A stretch of 64,000 bases of DNA, taken from the NCBI RefSeq assembly GCF_006345805.1, contig NC_043017.1, positions 21,576,001 to 21,640,000 of the forward strand, in the 5' to 3' direction. Below are positions 53,954-64,000 of the stretch, piece after piece (position 1 is the stretch's first letter; each line of letters starts with the position of its first letter). The position numbers and the translations under genes were made by a program. Source of the DNA: Octopus sinensis (Eukaryota). Below the pieces are notes generated by a model. It was given only the letters and a program-made list of their open reading frames with translations. It was not told the DNA's origin and did not search any database.

Positions 53954-54876
53954 ATATTTCTCTACCAATATATTTGTCTCTCTGTCACACTCTCTCACTC
54001 GCTCTATAGATATATCTATCTAAATATATGTATATGTATATGCTTGTGTGTGTGTGTGTGTGCGTACTTGCAAACATACACAACATGAAATGAACGGATA
54101 ATATTGATATTTCTACATGCATTTCCATAGTAAGTGTATTATTCATGCATTATATCCAAAACTGACATGCCATAACATGTCATACACACACACACACATG
54201 CACATATATATATACACACACATACATACATACATACATATATATATATGTATATTTATATATCATCATTGTCGTTGTTTAGGGTCTACTGCTTTCTATG
54301 CTGTATATATATATATATATACATATATATAATATATTAATAAATAAAATAAAACATATGCATATATATAAACATATATGTACGTACCTACCTCTACATG
54401 TACATATACACACATATATGAGTACAGGACACCAAAAAGACGTCGAACACAATGAGAAACGAAAACATAGACACAAACCCAAGGAACTGGACATTTTTTT
54501 AAACAACAAAAAAATAGAGTACAGGACAATTAACACAAAGAAAAAACCCCTTCTTCAGTCGCTATGGTTTCATCTACTCTATATATGTGTGTGTGTGTTT
54601 ATATTTATATACAGTGAGACACACACACACACATACACATGTATATATATTTCCCACTATCTTGTCGTCTCCATCAGTATTATTCCACTGTGACATCCTT
54701 TCCCTCCAATAGCGCTGACATCACTCTGCTGTTGGCTCTCTCTCTCTCTCTCTCTCACTCTCTCTCTATTATTGACACTGGCTCTTCATTCTGACTTTGA
54801 TGTTCTGCTACGGTTATATGACGACTCTGGGCATTCTGCCATTCAAACAGATGTGTCGATAATAATAACAATGATG

Positions 54877-54931
<55 letters not shown>

Positions 54932-55154
54932 TGATGATGATGATGATAATAATAATAATAATAATGGGATTTCAAGATTGGAGTTTGGGTGTTGAGTGTC
55001 TTCCACAATAAGTTAATATTCAAGTAGCAAAGCTGATAATTTGCAGAAAGAGACCCTGTGAGACCTCTGACAACAGGTTGCTGTCCATTCTCGCAGAATC
55101 AACCAGAGTAAGTAAGACCAAGAGCTCTGAGTAGTAAAACAATGCTAAATGATT

Positions 55155-55354
55155 TCTTTTATTTGTTTATTTGTTTCAGTCGTTTGACTGCGGCCATGCT
55201 GGAGCACTGCCTTTAGTCAAACAAATAAACCCCAGGACTTATTCTTTGTAAGCCTAGTACTTATTCTATTGGTCTTCTTTTGCTGAACCGCTAAGTTACA
55301 GGGACGTAAACACACCAGCATTGGTTGTCAAGTGATGGTGGGGGGACAAACACA

Positions 55355-55392
<38 letters not shown>

Positions 55393-55557
55393 TACGGCGA
55401 GCTTCTTTCAGTTTCTGTCTACCAAATCCACTCACAAAGCTTTGGTCGGTCCGAGGCTACAGTGGAAGATACTTGCCCAAGGTGTCACGCAGTGGGACTG
55501 AACCCAGAACCATGTGGTTGCTAAGCAAGCTACCTACCACACAGCTTCTCCTGTGCC
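55155..55557 (-). mobile_element. SINE family B, full length
   Basis: Reverse complement of 3691-4090. Confidence 0.9.
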
Positions 55558-55594
55558 TAATGATAATAATAATGATGATGATGATGATGATGAT

Positions 55595-55817
55595 GGTTTC
55601 AAATTTTTGGCACAAGTCAGCAGTATTGTGGGGAGTGGGGAGGCAGGGATAAGTCGATTACATTGACCCCCAACAGATCTACTGGTTCTTATTTTATCAA
55701 ATCTGATAGGATGAAAACAAAGCTGACCTCAACAGAACTTGAACTCAGAATGTAAAGACAGGATGAAATGATGCTAAGCATTTGGCATGGTAACAATCTT
55801 GCCAGCTTGCTGCCTCC
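55595..55817 (-). mobile_element. SINE family A
   Basis: Family A core. Confidence 0.8.
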
Positions 55818-55842
55818 AATAAAGAGGATAATAATAATGATA

Positions 55843-55878
<36 letters not shown>

Positions 55879-56284
55879 GCGACGATGGTGATGATGATGA
55901 TAATAAGAATATTTATGATTCTTCTGTTAAGCTGTCTTCCTCACTTTCTTTCCATACAGTACATACTGCTCTGTGTGTGTGTGTGTATGTGTTTGTGTGT
56001 GCGTATGTATTTGCGTGTATTATACACACTTTCATGTATACACATAAACAAGCATATATACACAACTTTACACTGGCAGTCCCTATACACTCACATATAC
56101 ACACATACAAACACATGCACATATATATTTAAACACACACTCACTCACATATATACATGCACATAAATACACACACATCCGCACTTGGACATATATATAA
56201 AAATATATGTATGCATACATATAAACATACATTTATATATGTACACAAATGAACACACACATACATATACACACATATACACAC

Positions 56285-56552
56285 ACATACCTAGACCTGT
56301 AGTAACACACAGATGCTTATACACACACACGTGTATACACATACTCGCACAGACACACACACACGTATGTGTATAATACACACATCCACATGCACAGAGA
56401 GACACACACACCTGTAGTAACACTCAGATGTTTATACACACACACATGTATACACATACTCGCACAGACACACACACATATATACACATACTCACACAGA
56501 CACACACATGTGTATAATACACACATCCACATGCACACACATATACACATGC

Positions 56553-56593
<41 letters not shown>

Positions 56594-56760
56594 TGTACAC
56601 ACACATACACACACAAACACATGCACATAGACACACACACACCTAGATCTGTAGTAACACACAGTCACTTATACACACACATATATATACACACATACTC
56701 ACACAGACGCACACATACATATATTTGTATAATATATACATCCACATGCACACACATATA
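56285..56760. repeat. CA-rich minisatellite, about four degenerate units
   Basis: ctgtagtaacac, catactcgcacagac and gtataatacacacatccacatgcac recur. Confidence 0.8.
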
Positions 56761-57422
56761 CGCATGGTATATTTTCCATAGATAGCCTATCAGCTTTGAT
56801 AGTCTGTGGCAGTAGACAATGGAGTGCTTGTGACTAAGTTCACTGCTCCATACCAGTGATCACTGTATGCTGTTCGTCTTCTGTTGAGGCTCCACAACAT
56901 GCAATAACAACAACAACATCAACATCATTGGTAATTAGATTAATTATATTACAGGAGAATAGGAATGAAACATGACATGACAGTGTTAATGTTGTATGAG
57001 ACATGTAATGGAAGCATGCAAATAGATTGCCGATATCATATTGCATCAGATATATATCATATATCATATATTACATATATATAATATATACGTGTGTGTG
57101 TAATATAATGATATATATATATACACACACATATATATATATGCATGTATGTGTATCATCATCATCATCATCGGTTAACGTCCGCTTTCCATGCTAGCAT
57201 GGGTTGGACGATTTGACTGAGGACTGGCAAACCAGACGGCTGCACCAGGCTCCAATCTGATCTGGCAGAATTTCTACAGCTGGATGCCCTTCCTAATGCC
57301 AACCACTCTGAGAGTGTAGTGGGTGCTTTTACGTGTCACCAGCACGAGGGCCAGTCAGGCGGTACTGGTGTCAGCCACGCTCAAATGGTGTTATTTACAT
57401 GCCACATATAATATATAATTGT

Positions 57423-57467
<45 letters not shown>

Positions 57468-57570
57468 ATCATTAATTAAAATCTTAGGGTAGCAAGAATA
57501 TTCACCGAAAAATTCTTAGTTACCAGTAGTCTAGCAAGAAAGAAAAAATTAGTCATTAGACTACATATTG

Positions 57571-57681
57571 TTCAGCAAAGAATACAGTGTACGTTCAAAC
57601 ACAAAAGAGATACCCGAGTCAGTTATCCTATTCTTCGGGTATCTCTTTTGTGTTTGAACGTACACTGTATTCTTCTCTGAA
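57571..57681. repeat. Perfect 40-bp inverted repeat with 17-nt spacer
   Basis: AAGAATACAGTGTACGTTCAAACACAAAAGAGATACCCGA (57578-57617) has its exact reverse complement at 57635-57674; TTCAG/CTGAA extends the pairing. Confidence 0.95.
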
Positions 57682-57730
57682 TTATATATATATATATTAT
57701 ATGATATTACTGGATATTCGACACTCTGGA

Positions 57731-57795
<65 letters not shown>

Positions 57796-59372
57796 AAATA
57801 GCAAAGTTTGCTTCCCAATCACATGGTTCCGGGTTCAGTTCCACTCTGTGGCACTCTGAGCAAGTGTCTTTTGATACAGAAAATACATTTTTCCCCCATG
57901 TCAGCAGCATTAGGATGGGATGCATTGAAGCAGCTTTTCCATGGCTGGACAATGTCCTTCTGGCCATAAACTCTTGCTTATTTTCAAGCACGATAATATT
58001 TCCCCATGGCTGAACATGTTTTCACAGAAGATTGGAAAGAGAGATTCCAGCTGTCTGACAGCAATTCTCATTTATGTCTGTGTATTGTGTCATATCTAAA
58101 CAAGGAGACACAAATGCATGCACGCACACACACATCTTCTATCTGTTACTTGTTTCCCTCATCAGACTGCGGCCATACTGGGGCACTATCTTGAAGACCT
58201 TTTAGTGAAAGGAATCAATCCCAGTTCTTTTTTTTCTTAATGTTTTTTTAAAGCCTGGTACTTATTCTATTAGTGTTTTTTACTGAACTGCTAAGTTTCA
58301 GGAATGAAAACACACCAACACTATTTGTTGAGGAGATAGAAACACACAGACACACACACATACACATACACACACATACTCGCACACACATATTCATACA
58401 ATGTGTTGGGATTCATTCAGTTTCTATCTACCAAATAAACTTACAAGGCTTTGATCAGTCTCTTATGTGTTTAAATGCACACTGTATTTATATATATTTA
58501 TTTATAATAATAATAATATTAGGGAGTAAATCCAAACTTACAGGGAAAAATTAGATTTAAGATTAAATCTAATTTTACAGTATAAATATATATATATTAA
58601 ATTAGAGATAAAATGACTATTAGGTAAATCAAACAGTGAAAAACATAAATCAAAACATAGAAATAAAATTAATTAATATAATATACAAAATATATAAAAT
58701 ATAAAATTCAAAATTTAAATTATTTAAATTTAAAGTTAAAATTTAAAAAAATTTTAAATTATTAATTTATACTTATAAATGATACTTATAAATTTATATA
58801 TCTATATATATATATATATATTACACATGCACACACATATATATATATATATGCTCATAACATGCAACCTGGCAAGACGCATCTTCACTGAGGGTTGTAC
58901 CACAACTAGTTGTATAGTTTCTCCCCCATTCAGGATCCATTCAGGATGTGTTGAAACGATTGTTGTGAGCAATAAAGTTTCCCGTGCATTCTGTTTACCA
59001 TCTCTATCGTTGGTTTCACACACACACACACACCGATAGATAGATTGATAGACATAGATATCTAGACATATATATATATATATATGCATTGATATATTTA
59101 TGTGTGTGTGTATGTATATATATGTCTGTCTGTCTGTTTGTATGTGTGTATCTATGACCATGTGTAAAAACCACTTCACAAAGTAAATTTGTTACTAATG
59201 AAGGACAAAGGTCTCAAGTTCTGTCCATTCAATAATTACTTTATAACCGAGTCACATAGAAACGCAGTTTTTATCAGGAATTTTAATTGGCCAAATCAGT
59301 GAAGGAACACAGAGCAGAGATAACAAGTCGGAAATGTGTACACACTTGAGTGTACGTCTACATGTACGTGCA

Positions 59373-59409
<37 letters not shown>

Positions 59410-59918
59410 ATGTATGCAAGTGCATGCTGTCATCTTTTACTCCATGTGCCTGTGCTTGCAAAGAACCACAACGAAGGGAGGTGTCTGTGTGTACCGTGAT
59501 CTACATTTGTGTAGATTTGTGTGTTGGCTTGTGTATGTTGATATGTATATAGACACACATGCACATACGTATGCATGTGTATAAGTGTGTGTGGTGTGTG
59601 TGTGTTTGAGGATGGTTGACTTAGTGGTTAGGGTGCTCCACATTTGATCTAGCAATAGTGATTTCAATCCCTATTTTCCCATGGCCAGACATGTTGTTGC
59701 TGAATATCAGAAATGAATGACATTTGTTTACCACTAAGAAGGCACAAACATACACACGATGGGCTTCTTTCAGTTTTCATCTATTAACAAGGACTTTGTC
59801 AGCTTAAGGCTAATTAGTAAAATACATTTGCCCCAGGTGTCATGCAATGGGACTGAAGCCATAAGGTTAGGAAACCATAAGGCTAGGAAGAAGCAACCTT
59901 CATAACCACATATCCTAT

Positions 59919-59952
<34 letters not shown>

Positions 59953-60193
59953 CTATGTATATAGATGGATAGGTAAGTAGATAGACAGGAAGATAGATAG
60001 ATACACAGGTTGATATATACATATACATAGAGAGAGAGAGAAAGAGAGAGAGGGAGAGAGAGAGGGGGAGAGAGAGAGAAAGAGAGAGACAGACAGACAG
60101 AGATGGATGGATAGATAGATAGATAGATAGATACATACATACATACATGGATGGATGGATGGATGGATGGATAGCTAGATAGATAAATAGATG

Positions 60194-60282
<89 letters not shown>

Positions 60283-61194
60283 TGAGATAGATAGATAAAT
60301 AGAAATGATGGAATTCTGCTCAGTTTTCATTTACCTTATTCCACTCAAAAACAAAACTGGCCAACCCGAGGTTAAGAAGGTAGGAAACATTAGCTCTAAA
60401 CACCAAACCATACCACAGCATAAAGTATGGGCAAATCGAACCTCCGATCCGCATGAATGCATAGCAAACTTTGCCAACATCTCAGCCACACAGCCAAGTA
60501 CCCGTGCTCACTTCAATAAGCAACAACGAGGATTTAGAAATGCTGATAGACATAATTAATATCTGCGGATGATGGTGAAAGGAGATGCAAATGAAGACAG
60601 TTGTAGTTAATACTCAGTTGACTGGATCAGCAAGCAAAATGGAAAGATTAAAATCTAACAAAATCAAATAAATGCGATGACGACCAACCGTGTCTGAATC
60701 TATCAGTACATCTCCATTGATTTGTTATCAACAGATTAATGCTTTCAACACCGTTCTCACCAGTTTACCGTCAAGGAAATAGGAATGAAATCGTAACTAC
60801 ATCGTTGAAGGTACTTTAAGTATATCTCTCGTCGTTTTCCATGTTTAAGTACGATCGACTTTATTTATACCACCGTCGCCTTGCTATTGATATAAGCACT
60901 GCTTCCCATACCACCAACACCACAATCACTACAACCAACACTACCAGATCTACCAAACCACCATCTGTACCAGCAATAACACCAACACTAACGCTACTGC
61001 TGTTACTATCAGCACCAACACCAGCACCACCACTACCACCACCACCACCACCTTTAATTCCACCATCACCATCACCATCACCACCAGCAGCAACAGCAAC
61101 AACAACCACATGACAACCACCAGTTCTTTCATTATCTGCTGTAATTATTACTTATACTGTTCTTGCAATTATTATTATTTGTATTATTATTATT

Positions 61195-61410
61195 AAGGTG
61201 GAAAGCTGGCAGAATCGTTAGCATGCTAGACGGAATGCTTAGCAGTATTTCGCCCGTCGCTACGCTCTGAGTTCAAATTCAGCCAAGGTTGACTTTGCCG
61301 TTCATCCTTTCGGGCTCAATAAAATAAGTACCAGTTGAGTACTGGGGCTGATGTAATCGACTTGCCCCCACCTCCCAGAATTCAGGCCTTGTGCCTATAG
61401 CAGAAAGGAT
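61195..61410 (+). mobile_element. tRNA-derived SINE family A, full length (Meta/MESC-like core)
   Basis: A-box-like TGGCAGAATCG, B-box GAGTTCAAATTC, core GCCGTTCATCCTTTCGGGCTCAATAAAATAAGTACCAG and (ATT)n tail. Confidence 0.9.
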
Positions 61411-61497
61411 TATTATTATTATTATTATTATTATTATTGTTTTTGTTGTTTTTGTTGTATACCATGTGTACTTTCTACATTTTATGTATATATATAT

Positions 61498-61530
<33 letters not shown>

Positions 61531-62291
61531 AAGAGATAGAAAAATTGCCGTGGATCTAAATCCTTATATTTTATGTCTTTCATTGTATTGTCTCCATCAT
61601 CTGTTGCACTGGAGGCAAATAAGAAAAGTCATCATCATCATTCTTCTTCTTCTTCTTATTATTATTATTATTATAATTATTTAAATGTTTGTATAGAACA
61701 GAACTTAATCTGTAATATCCTGCAGTCCGAAAAGATAAACTTCTTCTTCTTGTAGCAAGACTTCTGCTGTCAATTCTTGGATTAATCTTCCCCTAATTTC
61801 TCAAGATGAATTTCATCAACAACAACTACAACACCAACAAATACAGTAATACCACAAGCAACAGCAACGGCAACAACAAGCAATAACAAATATCCCCAAG
61901 AATTAAAAAGCAAAGACATAAGAATGAAATAACTAAATGATGCTCTTTATCCTGTCGTTTACTTGAAAAAGTCTCGAAGGAAAGGAAAATAGAATGAAAG
62001 GAAGGAAAGGAAAAAAGTGCCATTGCAAAATAAGAAAAAAGGGAAAAATTGTCTTTTTTACGGTTATTTGTTGTATATCTCAACATCTTCTCAGAATGTA
62101 CTTCTGAATATTGTATCTTCGTAGGTTCAGGAGTGGTGGTGTGGTAAGTGGCTTGCTTACTAAACACATGATTAGTAAGCATGGCAAGTGTCTTCTATTA
62201 TAGCCACAGGCCGACCAAAGCCTTGTGAGTGGATTTGGTAGGCGGAAATTGAAAGAAGCCCATCATTATATATATATATATATATATATAA

Positions 62292-62486
62292 AGTTAATCC
62301 AAACAAGAAAACACGAAAAACACAACAACGCGAGGACGTGGAACAAATATAGTATTATTGGACGCTCAGGAAAGAAGGAAAGAAGGAGGGTTTAACGTTT
62401 CGAGCGGAGCTCTTTGTCGGAAACATAGGAGAAGGAAAGATCCAGAGAAGGGAAGACAGAGGAAAAAAATTGCCAATGGTACACAC
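62292..62486 (-). mobile_element. Second copy of the Penelope-like short repeat (motif at 62390-62424), in the TA tract after a SINE B head (62125-62265)
   Basis: Reverse complement of 21943-22131 with few differences. Confidence 0.7.
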
Positions 62487-62497
62487 ATATATATATA

Positions 62498-62708
62498 TAA
62501 TAATAATAATGAAATTATTGTATACAGTGCTCAGGTGCACCACAACTTGTCAGAAAGTGCATATAAAGTACATGCAGTAATGTAGAAATGTCTGGAAAGT
62601 GAACATGCTTGTGTGTGTATGGAGGGAAGAAAATCAGGTGTAGTGTTGGCGAATCTCAGGAAGCATGGAAGTCTTGAAGGATGCAGTGCTCCGACAACTA
62701 ACAACCGA
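62498..62708 (-). mobile_element. CR1-type LINE 3' end with (ATT)n tail
   Basis: Minus frame SVVSCRSTASFKTSMLPEIRQHYT* resembles the SVV...SFK tail of CR1 ORF2 and is followed by a UTR and a short-repeat tail. Confidence 0.55.
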
Positions 62709-62747
62709 ATATATATGTATTTGAATTTATGCATGTTTATAAACTTT

Positions 62748-62786
<39 letters not shown>

Positions 62787-64000
62787 AGGTTGACTTTGCC
62801 TTTCATTCTTTTGGGGGTTACTAAATAAGTAGCAGTGAACCTCTGCCATTGATGTAATCAACTTATTACCTCCAATGAAATTGCGGGCATTCTACTAAAC
62901 TTCAAAACTGATATTTGGAAGTGTGTGTGTATGTGTGTGTGTGTGTGCATGCATCTGCATAATGCTTTTGCATCCTTCTGACACACTACTCTCAAGCATA
63001 TGCATTGCTATGCCTAATTGAAATGCCCCCGCCCTTCTCATAATTCTTTGTTTTGCGAGTTACTTGGTTACCTTGCCAGCGCTGGTGCCACATTAAAAGC
63101 ATCCAGTCCACACTGTAATGTGGTTGGCGTTTGGAAGGACATCCAGCTGAAAAAAATCATGCCAAAAACTAACCTCACCTGTGCTGGTGCCGTGCAAAAA
63201 GCACTTGGTCCACTCTACGGTGTGGTTGGTGTTAGGAAGAGCATCCAGGTGTAAAATCTCTGCCAAAATAGACAATGTAGCCTTGGATAGATTTTCTACC
63301 TGGCTGGCTCCTGTCAACCAAATTACCCATGCATGCATGGAATATGGATATTAAACGATGATGATATACACACACACACATACACATACTCACACATATA
63401 TACATTTATAAAAAAATTCAAATAGGTTATAATTCAGTTCTATATTTAAGAGATGTGGAATTATGTACATTATTTACATTTGATGGATATTTGTCCTCAT
63501 CTTGTTTGCCCACGGGCATATGGTGTAGTGGTTAAGAGCATGGGCATATATTTGTATGTTTGTGAGTGTGTGTGTGTATATAATATGAATATGTTTTATA
63601 TATATATATATGTATGTATATATACATACACTTTTATATATACACTTATATAGTTACACATATATATATATATATATACACTTATATATATACACTTATA
63701 TATATACGCTTATGTATACACATGCACACACACATATGCACACATATACATATACATCTGATCAATGTTATAATGTTCAGAGAACACTACACATATAAAT
63801 TAATCCAACTTAATTTAAGGCAATACACAGAAAAGTTACAAATGACCATTTCTATAGAATATTTAATTATCTTTTATTAATTACTGCACAAAGTCTTGGC
63901 TGAAATTGATAGGCTTATTGTGTGGTGTATTGCAGTAAAGAAAACAAACGTAGCTAATATATTAGTGATTTATTTAATTGAATCACTTCACACAAATGCA

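Noticed and set aside
63523-63546. tRNA-like heads (e.g. GGGCATATGGTGTAGTGGTTAAGAGC) as tRNA genes
   Set aside because: They are truncated or run into SINE bodies, with no complete cloverleaf.
14-63880. The many ORFs rich in YI, HT, CV or poly-I/N/D/T/S/L in the ORF track
   Set aside because: They are stop-free frames of di-, tri- and tetranucleotide microsatellites, often open in several frames and on both strands, with no domain content.

Overview
This is eukaryotic, very AT-rich DNA saturated with microsatellites. The repeat content looks like an octopod cephalopod (Octopus-like); that is an inference, not a database match. I found no convincing host protein-coding exon, so the window is probably part of a large intron or gene desert. 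Nearly all ORF-track entries are translations of (TA)n, (CA)n, (AAT)n, (GAT)n or (CTA)n repeats, or of SINEs. Supportable features: many copies of several tRNA-derived SINE families (labelled A, B, C and F/G here); three 5'-truncated LINE ends (two CR1-type, one R4/Dong-type inside an (AAT)n tract); TTAA-flanked piggyBac-like and TA-flanked mariner-like MITEs; several long inverted repeats; and young and old tandem duplications. The most interesting signal is a set of eight hammerhead-ribozyme-like motifs (CUGANGA, stem II, GAAA, short mostly palindromic stem III, NUH) from several unrelated small elements, mostly embedded in (TA)n tracts. Two have intact cores (21586-21642 and 46804-46902). 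The first of these lies inside a 46-bp inverted-repeat element. A third motif (50498-50548) shows a compensatory C3-G8 to G3-C8 swap. Repeat boundaries were read by eye and are approximate to about 10 bp unless stated otherwise.
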